From NCBI GenBank assembly GCA_038063695.1, contig JBBTUP010000015.1:1-41366 (forward strand): 41,366 bases of DNA, written 5' to 3'. Numbering within the stretch: position 1 is the first letter of the stretch; each line of letters opens with the position of its first letter. Source of the stretch: Patescibacteria group bacterium. Lineage in GTDB: Bacteria; Patescibacteriota; Minisyncoccia; UBA9983. Both the position numbers and the translations under genes were made by a program. The notes under the pieces were generated by a model. It worked only from the letters and a program-made list of their open reading frames with translations, did not search any database and was not told the origin of the DNA. Shown here piece after piece: positions 15,648-24,166 of the stretch.

Positions 15648-16095
15648 TTTCTTTTGATTTATTTATTGCTTCTCGCTCTTCTTTTGATAAAGAATATTCA
15701 GATTGGAATTCTTTTATCGGCTTTGCGTATATGCTGACTTTTTCTCTTGAATATAAACTTGAAATTACGACTCCGTCTCCACTTTCGTCTAAAAAGGCAA
15801 TTGCAAAACTTTGGTTTGAGCCCGAATCTTTAAAGGGGTTGAAGCGGAGCACGCCTACATTCTGTATGCTTTTTTTCAGGCGTTTTTCCACTGTCTCTAG
15901 ATATTTTTCTGTTTTTTCTCTTGAGATGTTTAATTTTTCTAACTTATTATTTAGATTGATTAAAATTTCCTCAAGGTTTTTTGATTTATTGCCTCGGAAT
16001 ATTTTTTTGAGCCGTAGTTCTATCAGCAAAATCCAGATTGCCAGAAGCAATATAGCCACGCTCAAAGAAACATAAATATAAACAGAGTTTGTCAT
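15640..16095 (-). CDS. DUF4446 family protein
   Basis: N-terminal TM helix, coiled region, then VGVLRFNPFKDSGSNQSFAIAFLDESGDGVVISSLYSREKVSIYAKPI, which matches my recollection of the DUF4446 core. Confidence 0.7.
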   Translation of the reverse strand: MTNSVYIYVSLSVAILLLAIWILLIELRLKKIFRGNKSKNLEEILINLNNKLEKLNISREKTEKYLETVEKRLKKSIQNVGVLRFNPFKDSGSNQSFAIAFLDESGDGVVISSLYSREKVSIYAKPIKEFQSEYSLSKEEREAINKSKEND

Positions 16096-16122
16096 AATTT
16101 GGAATTATACGTTTTTTTTGAT

Positions 16123-16128
16123 TATAAT
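16123..16128 (+). promoter_or_regulatory. TATAAT 6 nt before the ATG at 16135 (leaderless)
   Basis: Exact TATAAT. The divergent spacer to the upstream gene is only 39 nt. Confidence 0.45.
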
Positions 16129-16134
16129 GCAATT

Positions 16135-17673
16135 ATGTCTTACAAGTATCTCCATGTTGGCAGGGCGGGTGATTTGGAGGGGAATGACAGAATAATTTAC
16201 AGATTATTGGAAATTATGCCCGGACTTTTGTCTTGGCTGACTTTTGCTTTTTTTGCGTTTTTATCTTGGAAGAGGCCTTTGTGGGCCGCTATCTTTATTA
16301 TCGCCTTTGATTTATATTGGCTGGTTAAGACTGCTTACCTCTCTTTTCATTTGCGGGCGAGTTGGAAGAAAACGAAGCGCTATCTTTCGATTGATTGGGA
16401 GGAAAGATTAAATAATTTAAAATATGATCATATTTTTCAATTAATCATTCTGCCTTTTTATAAAGAGAGTTTTGAGGTTGTTTCAGAGACCGTGGAATCA
16501 TTGATTAGCGCAAAGTGGGATAAAAATAGAATGGTAATAGTACTTGCTTATGAGGAGCGCGCGGGAGAAGAAGCGGAAAAAATCGCAAACGATGTTTTGC
16601 AAAAATATAAAGAGCAGTTTGGCTATTTTATTCTATCAAAACATCCAAAAGATTTGTCAGGTGAGATGGCTGGCAAGGGCTCCAATATTTCTTGGGCAGC
16701 AGAAGTAGGAAGGATAGGGATTTTAGATAAAAATAAGATCAGATATGAAAATATTCTGGTTTCTGCTTTTGACATAGACACAAGAGTTTATCCGCAATAT
16801 TTTTTATGTCTTACCTGGCATTTTTTGACCTGCGAGAAGCCGTATCGTTCGTCTTTCCAGCCCGTTCCTCTTTATAATAACAATATTTGGGACGTGCCGG
16901 CATTGTCGCGCGTCGTGGCCACGTCCGGAACTTTCTGGCAGATGATCCAGCAGGAAAGACCGGAACGCCTGGCGACTTTCTCCTCCCACTCCATGAGTTT
17001 TAAGGCGCTGTATGAGGTTGGCTATTGGCAGAGAAATATTGTGTCAGAGGACTCGCGCATCTTTTGGAATTCTCTTTTATATTTTGATGGAGATTATCAG
17101 GTGATTCCAATTTCTTATCCTGTTTCAATGGATGCCAATCTTGCGCCGACTTTCTGGCAGACAGCAAAAAATATCTACAAGCAGCAGAGGAGATGGACAT
17201 GGGGAGTGGAGAATGTTCCTTATATATTGTTCGGTTTTTTGAAAAATAAAAAAATTCCTTTGGCTAAAAAAATTAGATTGTCGTTTTATCAACTTGAAGG
17301 ATTTTGGTCTCTGTCAACTAATCCCTTGCTGATTTTCTTTTTGGGCTGGCTCCCGCTTGTGATTGGCGGGCAGAAATTTAACAAAACTTTGATTGCCTAC
17401 AATCTTCCTAATGTGACAAGAGATATTATGATTGTTGCAATGATGGGACTGATTATGTCCGTGATTATTTCTTTCAGTTTTTTGCCAAAACGGCCGTCGT
17501 ATAAAAAACGTTCCCATGTTTTTTACATGATTTTACAATGGATCTTAGTGCCCTTGACCATACCACTTTTCGGCGCCATTCCTGGCCTTGATGCCCAGAC
17601 CCGCCTTATGTTTGGTAGATACATGGGTTTTTGGGTGACACCTAAACATAGAAAGCGCGCTATGATACAATAA
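16135..17673 (+). CDS. Integral-membrane family-2 glycosyltransferase (cellulose-synthase-like fold)
   Basis: TM helices flank a cytoplasmic GT-A-like domain (LPFYKES, VSAFDIDT, QQRRWTWG resembling the QxxRW motif). ATG 16135 is preferred over the track's TTG at 16099. Confidence 0.7.
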   Translation: MSYKYLHVGRAGDLEGNDRIIYRLLEIMPGLLSWLTFAFFAFLSWKRPLWAAIFIIAFDLYWLVKTAYLSFHLRASWKKTKRYLSIDWEERLNNLKYDHIFQLIILPFYKESFEVVSETVESLISAKWDKNRMVIVLAYEERAGEEAEKIANDVLQKYKEQFGYFILSKHPKDLSGEMAGKGSNISWAAEVGRIGILDKNKIRYENILVSAFDIDTRVYPQYFLCLTWHFLTCEKPYRSSFQPVPLYNNNIWDVPALSRVVATSGTFWQMIQQERPERLATFSSHSMSFKALYEVGYWQRNIVSEDSRIFWNSLLYFDGDYQVIPISYPVSMDANLAPTFWQTAKNIYKQQRRWTWGVENVPYILFGFLKNKKIPLAKKIRLSFYQLEGFWSLSTNPLLIFFLGWLPLVIGGQKFNKTLIAYNLPNVTRDIMIVAMMGLIMSVIISFSFLPKRPSYKKRSHVFYMILQWILVPLTIPLFGAIPGLDAQTRLMFGRYMGFWVTPKHRKRAMIQ

Positions 17674-17678
17674 AATTT

Positions 17679-18764
17679 ATGAACAACGATATCAATAACA
17701 TCAGAATACAAAAATTATTAAATCTTCCTGATTTATCCCGGACGGAGAATTCTCCCATCAAATTTGTTGTTGATAGGATTTTAAGCATGCCGGCTTTCAA
17801 GGGTTTTGACGTGATTGAAATTCCGGAAATTGTTAGCGTTGAATATAATTTTGACCTTTTAAACACTCCCGCGGATCACCCCAGCAGAAAAGAGACGGAC
17901 ACTTATTATACGGACAAAGAGCATGTTTTGCGCACGCACACGACGGCAATGTGGCCGTTTTATTTGTTGGACCAAAAAAATCTTGAAAAACTGAAAAAGA
18001 ACGGATTTTTGGCGTGCTTATGTTACGGCAAAGTTTTTAGGAAGGATGAGATAGATAGAAGCCATTTTCCAGTCTTTCATCAGATAGACGGGCTTTATAT
18101 CGCCGACAAAAAGATAAAAACTATAGAATTGGATGATCTTAAAAAAGTTCTTATTGACATCGCAAAAAATATTTATGGCGATGTTGTAGAATATAAAATT
18201 TTGGTGGATTCCTTTCCGTTCACCGATCCGAGCGCTCAGATTGAAATCAAAAGAGGCGACGATTGGCTGGAGATTTTAGGTTCAGGCGTCGTCCACAAGC
18301 AAGTTTTGAAAAATTTAGGTTTGGATCCGGAGATTTACAGCGGATGGGCTTTTGGTTGCGGCCTGGAAAGAATCGCAATGGCGAAAATGAATATACAGGA
18401 CATTAGGGTTTTTTGGTCAAAGGATGGAAGGATAACGAGCCAGTTTAGAAATTTAGACAGCCAATATAAGGAAATGAGCAAATTTCCCATGACTTACAGG
18501 GATATTTCTTTTATTATTGACAAAAATATAAACCTGAATAGTTATTACGAAATCATCAGGGATTGCGCGGGAAATTTAGTGGAGGAAGTGAAACTCGTGG
18601 ACAAATACGAAGACAGGGGAAAATTCGGCGAAGGCAAAATCAGTTATACCTTCAGAATAATTTACCGGTCGCCGGAGAGAACTTTGACTAATGAAGAGAT
18701 AAACGAAATTCAGGAGAAAATAAGGGGAAAAACGGAGCGGGAATTGCAGGCGTCGTTGCGCTAA
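17679..18764 (+). CDS. pheS: Phenylalanine--tRNA ligase alpha subunit
   Basis: Class II motifs FRKDEIDRSHFPVFHQIDG and GWAFGCGLERIAM. No pheT follows. Confidence 0.93.
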   Translation: MNNDINNIRIQKLLNLPDLSRTENSPIKFVVDRILSMPAFKGFDVIEIPEIVSVEYNFDLLNTPADHPSRKETDTYYTDKEHVLRTHTTAMWPFYLLDQKNLEKLKKNGFLACLCYGKVFRKDEIDRSHFPVFHQIDGLYIADKKIKTIELDDLKKVLIDIAKNIYGDVVEYKILVDSFPFTDPSAQIEIKRGDDWLEILGSGVVHKQVLKNLGLDPEIYSGWAFGCGLERIAMAKMNIQDIRVFWSKDGRITSQFRNLDSQYKEMSKFPMTYRDISFIIDKNINLNSYYEIIRDCAGNLVEEVKLVDKYEDRGKFGEGKISYTFRIIYRSPERTLTNEEINEIQEKIRGKTERELQASLR

Positions 18765-18841
18765 TTAATCCATAAATTGAGAAGTGAGGCGAATTTGATA
18801 GATTATTTTGAATATTTATGCTAAAATAAAATATAGGTAGC

Positions 18842-20806
18842 ATGGTAAAGACTAATAATACAAATAACGGCTATACAGCCAAAGATATTTATGTGCTGGA
18901 AGGCCTTGAACCGGTAAGGAAAAGACCTGGTATGTACATTGGTTCCACAGGGCCGGATGGCCTTCATCATTTGATATGGGAAGTTTTTGATAATGGACGC
19001 GATGAGGCTATGGGCGCTTTTGCCAATGAGGTTGAAGTTGTGCTTTTGCCTGAAAATAAAATAAGAGTTGCGGATAACGGTCGAGGTATTCCGGTTGAGA
19101 TTCATAAGCAGACAAAAGTTTCGGCTCTAGAAACTGTCATGACTACGCTTCATGCAGGAGGTAAATTTGGAGGAGAGTCATACAAAATAGCCGGAGGTCT
19201 CCATGGTGTTGGCGTCTCTGTTGTCAATGCTCTTTCAATCTGGATGAAGGCAGAAGTGCATCGTGATGGGGGTAAATTTGTACAGGAATACAAAAGAGGC
19301 AAACCACATTCTAAAGTTAAAAGAATCGCTCCAAGTAAATTTCATGGCACTGTTGTTAGTTTTGAACCTGATCCGGAGATTTTTAACGAAATAAAATTTG
19401 ACTGGAAGAGGATTTTAGATCATTTGCGTCAGCAGGCGTATTTAGTAAAAGGATTAAAAGTTAGAATAATTGACGCACGCGAATACGAAGGGAAAATAGA
19501 TGATTCCAAAGTTTTATTTTTTAATGAACTAAGGCTTCTTGTAGAATCCCAGACATATTATTTTGAAGGCGGAATTGTTTCTTTAGTGAAACATCTTAAT
19601 AAAGATGAGGAAGTAATTCACGATAAAATTTTTTATTGCGAGAAAGAGCAAGGAGGGATAAATGTTAAAATAGCTCTTCAGTATATCTCCGACATCATTA
19701 TTAAAGAAATGAGTTTTGCTAATAATATTTACACGCCTGAGGGCGGAATGCACCTTACTGGTTTTCGTTCCGCGCTTACCAGGTCTCTCAATGATTATTC
19801 AAAAAAGAACGGATTTATAAAATCAGAAGAGGATAAATTTACAGGAGATGATGTAAGAGAAGGGTTAACAGTTATGGTAGCTGTTGAATTGAGGGATCCG
19901 CAATTTGAGGGTCAGACAAAGGTAAAATTAGGCAGTCCTGAAGCGAGGACAATTACAGAATCAGTTTTTGGCGAGACTTTTTCCAATTTTCTGGAAGAAA
20001 ATCCAAGTGACGCCCGGGCAATAATTGGAAAAGTTGTTCTAGCTCTCAAAGCAAGAAAAGCAGCCAAAGCAGCCAAAGAAAGCGTTTTAAGAAAAGGAAT
20101 TTTAGAGGGTCTAACCTTGCCGGGAAAATTGGCTGATTGCCAATCCAAAGATCCCTCAGAGTCGGAATTATTCATTGTTGAGGGAGATTCAGCGGGCGGT
20201 TCAAGTAAGCAAGGCAGAGATAGAAGGATTCAGGCAATACTTCCGTTGAAAGGAAAGATTTTAAACGTTGAAAGAGTAAGAATAGACAAGATGTTGGCAT
20301 CAAACGAGATAAAGGCGCTTATTGTCGCTCTTGGCACAGCAATTGCTGATGAATTTAATATAAATAAAATCCGATATCATAAAATAATAATTGCCACTGA
20401 TGCTGACGTTGACGGTTCGCACATTCGTACACTTATCCTCACTCTTTTTTACAGATATTTTAAGCCGATTATTGAACAAGGATATCTTTATATTGCGCTT
20501 CCGCCACTCTTTAGAATCCAAAAAGGAAAGGAAATTCATTATGCTTATAGTGAGGAAGAGAAAAATAAGATTGTTGGGAAAGAAGAGAGTCAAGGCGTGC
20601 AGAGGTATAAGGGTTTGGGAGAGATGAACCCAGAGCAATTATGGGAAACAACCATGGATCCGGCAAGGAGAATGTTGAAGAAGGTGACAATTGAGGATGT
20701 GGAAGAGGCAGACAAGATTTTTGATATTTTAATGGGCAAAGAAGTTGAACCACGCAAGATATTTATTCAGACGCACGCAAAAGCAGTGCAAAATTTGGAT
20801 GTATAG
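18842..20806 (+). CDS. gyrB: DNA gyrase subunit B
   Basis: LEGLEPVRKRPGMYIGST, HAGGKFG, EGDSAGGS, PLKGKILNVE, IATDADVDGSHI. Confidence 0.97.
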   Translation: MVKTNNTNNGYTAKDIYVLEGLEPVRKRPGMYIGSTGPDGLHHLIWEVFDNGRDEAMGAFANEVEVVLLPENKIRVADNGRGIPVEIHKQTKVSALETVMTTLHAGGKFGGESYKIAGGLHGVGVSVVNALSIWMKAEVHRDGGKFVQEYKRGKPHSKVKRIAPSKFHGTVVSFEPDPEIFNEIKFDWKRILDHLRQQAYLVKGLKVRIIDAREYEGKIDDSKVLFFNELRLLVESQTYYFEGGIVSLVKHLNKDEEVIHDKIFYCEKEQGGINVKIALQYISDIIIKEMSFANNIYTPEGGMHLTGFRSALTRSLNDYSKKNGFIKSEEDKFTGDDVREGLTVMVAVELRDPQFEGQTKVKLGSPEARTITESVFGETFSNFLEENPSDARAIIGKVVLALKARKAAKAAKESVLRKGILEGLTLPGKLADCQSKDPSESELFIVEGDSAGGSSKQGRDRRIQAILPLKGKILNVERVRIDKMLASNEIKALIVALGTAIADEFNINKIRYHKIIIATDADVDGSHIRTLILTLFYRYFKPIIEQGYLYIALPPLFRIQKGKEIHYAYSEEEKNKIVGKEESQGVQRYKGLGEMNPEQLWETTMDPARRMLKKVTIEDVEEADKIFDILMGKEVEPRKIFIQTHAKAVQNLDV

Positions 20807-20809
20807 GAT

Positions 20810-21277
20810 CTATATCTTCAGGAAGAAAAGAATTATTATAAATAAGACTGAGAAAACGATATCATTTTTGGCGTCTATTAATCTCCATTGCTTTTCTTTT
20901 GGCGTTACAAAAAGGCGGTGAATCCATATATGAAAATCAAAAATTTTTTTAAGAGATTTTAAATTTAATTTTAAGTACATAAAAGATAACAAATCTGGGA
21001 AAAGCGAAGCAAATATACCTATAGAAATATTTCTAATAATTATCCATTCTGGACTATTGAAGTAAAAATAGAGAATTATAATTGAAAACCCAATAGAAAA
21101 ATCAAGGCCAACTCTCCGGATGACATCTTTTATAGTTGAATTATGATTTAGATAATCCCCATGGCGGAAAGTGTCCATTATGAAATGAATAATCAGAGAC
21201 AAGAAAACAATAATTACAGGATTACTAATATTTCTTCCTATCACTGCGCCAGCCAACATGTGCGTTGATGGTATCAT
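20810..21277 (-). CDS. Membrane protein (possibly YdjM/DUF457-like metal-dependent hydrolase)
   Basis: Four or five hydrophobic helices, N-terminal STHMLAGAVIG and HFIMDTFRHGD. ATGA overlap with thrS. Confidence 0.4.
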   Translation of the reverse strand: MIPSTHMLAGAVIGRNISNPVIIVFLSLIIHFIMDTFRHGDYLNHNSTIKDVIRRVGLDFSIGFSIIILYFYFNSPEWIIIRNISIGIFASLFPDLLSFMYLKLNLKSLKKIFDFHIWIHRLFVTPKEKQWRLIDAKNDIVFSVLFIIILFFLKI

Positions 21278-22968
21278 GACTCTTTTTTTATCTTTTTTAT
21301 AAATTCGTCTAATTTTGCGGTTTCCTGTTTTTCTTTGTTTCTCTCTCGTACTGTAACAGTTTTATCATTTTTTTCTTTTTCTCCCACTGCCAAGATGTAT
21401 GGAATCTTTTGCATTTCAGCGTTGCGAATTCTTTTGCCTAATGTCTCGTTGTTTTTGTCTATTTCTGCGCGGATGTTGTTTTCTTTTAATTCATTTAAAA
21501 CCTTTTCCCCATAATCATTGAATTTTTCACTAACGGGAATTATCTGCGTTTGCACGGGCGAGAGCCAGAAGGGAAAGGCACCGGCATAATGCTCAATCAA
21601 AATCCCAATAAATCTTTCCAAAGAGCCGAGTATTGCCCGATGTATCATAACCGGAGTTTGTTTTTTTCCTTTATCATCTATATAAAAGGCCTCAAATCTT
21701 TGGGGCATGGAAAAATCAACTTGTATTGTGCCCAATTGCCAGTTTCTATTTATGGCGTCTTCTATATTAAACTCTATTTTTGGCCCGTAAAATGCCCCTT
21801 CGCCTTCTTTGATTTTATAATTTATCTTTTTTTGATTAAGCGCATTCTTTAGAGAATCAGTCGCTCTTTCCCAAACTTTTTCTTCGCCAATATATTTTTC
21901 CGGTCTGGTGGCAATAAATATTTCATACTTGTCAAATCCGAATTTTCTATACACATCAATGGCATAATCAACCATGCCAATAATCTCTTCGTTTAATTGG
22001 TTTGGCGCGCAGAATGAGTGGGCATCGTCCTGAATAAATGATCGGACGCGGAAAAGGCCATGAAGCACGCCGGATAATTCGTGTCTATGCACTAGTCCGA
22101 ATTCAGAAAATCTCATGGGCAAATCTTTATATGAACGCATGTCCTCTTTGTATATAAGCAGGCCGCCAGGGCAGTTCATTGGTTTTATGGCAAATTCCTG
22201 CTTATCTATTTCGCAGAAATACATGTCCTCCTTGAATTTTTCCCAATGTCCTGATGTCTCCCATAATTTTTTATTCAAGATTATGGGAGTCATTATTTCG
22301 TTGTATCCTCTTTTTTCATTCTCTTTTCTTATATAATCTTCAAGTTGATTGTAAAGAATTGTTCCTTTTGGATGCCAGAAGGGAAAACCAGGCCCTTCCT
22401 CATGGAAAGAAAAAAGATCTAATTCCTTTCCGATTTTTCTATGATCTCTTTTTTCCGCCTCTTCTAAAATCTTTAGATACTCACCAAGTTCTTTTTTTGT
22501 TTCAAAAGCAAGGCCATAGATTCTTGTGAGCATGGGACTTTTCTCGCTGCCTCTCCAATAAGCGCCGGCGATTTTTGTGAGTTTAAATGCGTCTGGATTT
22601 ATCTCTTTTGTTGATTTTACATGCGGTCCGGCGCAGAGGTCGGTAAAATTGCCGGATTTATAAATTGTCGGTTTTTCTTTGAGTTCATTTATTAATTCAA
22701 TTTTATATGGCTGATTAGTAAAAGTATCTTTTGCTTTTTTTGCGTCAACTTCTTCTTTTTCAAATTTTATGTCTTTTTTTATTAAATCTTTTATTTTTTT
22801 CTCTAATTTTGGCAGGTCTTTAGGAGAAATAGAAATATCGCCAAAATCATAATAAAATCCGTTTTCTATAATCGGGCCGATGCCTAATTTTGCCTCAGGA
22901 AATTTTTCCAAAACTGCCATTGCCAGCAAATGCGCTAGTGAATGTCGGATATTCTCAATTTTTTGCAT
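21274..22968 (-). CDS. thrS: Threonine--tRNA ligase (no N-terminal TGS domain)
   Basis: SAD-domain HSLAHLLAMAV, class II core FRVRSFIQDDAHSF and GAFYGPKIEF, anticodon-binding C-terminus. Start taken at ATG 22968 (MQKIENIRHS). Confidence 0.93.
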   Translation of the reverse strand: MQKIENIRHSLAHLLAMAVLEKFPEAKLGIGPIIENGFYYDFGDISISPKDLPKLEKKIKDLIKKDIKFEKEEVDAKKAKDTFTNQPYKIELINELKEKPTIYKSGNFTDLCAGPHVKSTKEINPDAFKLTKIAGAYWRGSEKSPMLTRIYGLAFETKKELGEYLKILEEAEKRDHRKIGKELDLFSFHEEGPGFPFWHPKGTILYNQLEDYIRKENEKRGYNEIMTPIILNKKLWETSGHWEKFKEDMYFCEIDKQEFAIKPMNCPGGLLIYKEDMRSYKDLPMRFSEFGLVHRHELSGVLHGLFRVRSFIQDDAHSFCAPNQLNEEIIGMVDYAIDVYRKFGFDKYEIFIATRPEKYIGEEKVWERATDSLKNALNQKKINYKIKEGEGAFYGPKIEFNIEDAINRNWQLGTIQVDFSMPQRFEAFYIDDKGKKQTPVMIHRAILGSLERFIGILIEHYAGAFPFWLSPVQTQIIPVSEKFNDYGEKVLNELKENNIRAEIDKNNETLGKRIRNAEMQKIPYILAVGEKEKNDKTVTVRERNKEKQETAKLDEFIKKIKKES

Positions 22969-23057
22969 AATAATAATATAACACATACTTTTGACTAAAA
23001 AAAGTATTTATGATAGGTTGTATATAGAAAACTTATAAAAGAAAAGGAGGTGTTTTT

Positions 23058-23360
23058 ATGAATTATGAAAAATGGTGGCCTGTAGTACGAAAGGCAGAAA
23101 TGGCAGGAAATGCTTTGGTAATTCATGTTGTGTTTCTGTGCCCATTCTGTGATACTAAATCGGATTTTGAGACAGAAGGACATATTATAGATGTAACAAT
23201 ATATACACTTCTCTTGGAATGGAAATTTCAAGAGATAATAAAGCCAAAAAACTGTTCTATTTGCGGTATTGTGTCAGTTTTACCGGAGAAAGAGAAGAAA
23301 GACTTTCTAAAAGATATAAAACAGACAATCACAAAGTCATGGCTTACACAGTCTCTATAA
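23058..23360 (+). CDS. Hypothetical zinc-ribbon protein
   Basis: CPFC...CSIC cysteine pairs and a strong SD AAGGAGG 7 nt upstream. Confidence 0.55.
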   Translation: MNYEKWWPVVRKAEMAGNALVIHVVFLCPFCDTKSDFETEGHIIDVTIYTLLLEWKFQEIIKPKNCSICGIVSVLPEKEKKDFLKDIKQTITKSWLTQSL

Positions 23361-23419
23361 TTATGTTTGATGCTATAAAGGGCTGGATATATTCCAGCTC
23401 TTTTAACTTTCATTTAAGG

Positions 23420-23456
23420 TATCACCTATATTTGCGATCGCCACAAATAGGTGATA
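23420..23456. promoter_or_regulatory. Palindromic element C (TATCACCTATATTTGCGATCGCCACAAATAGGTGATA)
   Basis: 10-bp perfect outer arms TATCACCTAT/ATAGGTGATA and an inner GCGATCGC. Same family as elements A and B. Confidence 0.5.
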
Positions 23457-23463
23457 ATGCAAT

Positions 23464-23505
23464 GTGCATGACTCAGTGATGCACAGTGATGTAATGCACA
23501 GTGAT
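23464..23505 (+). repeat. Direct repeats ATGCACAGTGAT x2 (15-nt period) plus a degenerate third copy
   Basis: Read directly. They abut the DnaA-box 9-mer at 23506. Confidence 0.7.
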
Positions 23506-23514
23506 TTATCCACA
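23506..23514 (+). promoter_or_regulatory. Perfect DnaA-box 9-mer TTATCCACA
   Basis: Exact consensus match, 6 nt upstream of a TTGACT -35. Confidence 0.3.
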
Positions 23515-23519
23515 TCAAT

Positions 23520-23548
23520 TTGACTTTTTCGCTCCCATAGTGTATTAT
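23520..23548 (+). promoter_or_regulatory. Promoter TTGACT-17-(TG)TATTAT
   Basis: Motifs and spacing read directly. Serves the gene at 23619. Confidence 0.55.
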
Positions 23549-23618
23549 ATTTCTTAGAGATCTAAATAAATAGTTGTTCTTTTATTAATTTTCAACGGTT
23601 TTAATGAAAGGAGAAATT

Positions 23619-24134
23619 ATGCCGTGGGAAAAATTCGGAGAAATTTCGTATGATTTTGAAGAAGATCTTTTTGAGCAAAGGAGATTAAAGGGGCAATTGC
23701 ATAAGATTAAAAAACCCCCAGATAGTTTGATTTCTGAAGTGTCCCTTGATCCGCTTCGGAGACTTATTATGGCAGAAAAAGATGGAATAAATGTTTTTGA
23801 TAAAAAATTTTCTCTCTTTGTTGATATTAAAGATTTAATTACAGATGATTCAGATGAAAATTCAGATTGGCTAATAGAGCCGACAGAAGAAGATTTAAAA
23901 CCGCGTGAAATTTCTGTTAATAAAGAAGATTTTGAAATTAAAAAAATACCGGCATTTTTTGTTCCGTTTTCTCTTGCAAAAGAATTAAATATTGAACGAA
24001 AGTTGAAATTTTTGCCTGACAGTCACGGCAAAAGAGGAAGAAAGCCAATATTGAGAAAACATAAGAAACGGACACAAAGAGAACGAAATTTTATTGCAGA
24101 AAAATTAAGAGAAATAGTTGAGGCGGGAGCATAG
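23619..24134 (+). CDS. Hypothetical protein with acidic middle and basic C-terminus (GKRGRKPILRKHKKRTQRERN)
   Basis: ATG 23619 is preceded by an AAAGGAG SD. The track start at 23604 lies within that SD. Confidence 0.55.
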   Translation: MPWEKFGEISYDFEEDLFEQRRLKGQLHKIKKPPDSLISEVSLDPLRRLIMAEKDGINVFDKKFSLFVDIKDLITDDSDENSDWLIEPTEEDLKPREISVNKEDFEIKKIPAFFVPFSLAKELNIERKLKFLPDSHGKRGRKPILRKHKKRTQRERNFIAEKLREIVEAGA

Positions 24135-24153
24135 CTCCCGCCGTTTTATTTTT
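24122..24153 (+). terminator. Rho-independent terminator
   Basis: GGCGGGAGC-ATA-GCTCCCGCC followed by GTTTTATTTTT. Confidence 0.8.
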
Positions 24154-24166
24154 AATTCGTTATCCA

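Noticed and set aside
20391-20403. GCCACTGATG in gyrB as a possible extra REP-3 copy
   Set aside because: Only the left half matches, there is no inverted partner, and it encodes the universally conserved IATDADVDG Toprim motif. I consider it a chance match.
23219-23479. 86-aa and 61-aa ORFs spanning the 23058 gene end and palindrome C
   Set aside because: They overlap a better-supported SD-led ORF and run through regulatory repeats, with no start context.
23361-23603. Chromosomal replication origin (oriC) call
   Set aside because: There is only one perfect DnaA box here, no dnaA/dnaN neighbourhood, no clear cluster of boxes or 13-mer DUE repeats, and skew cannot be assessed from one window. 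It is kept as a regulatory-region finding.
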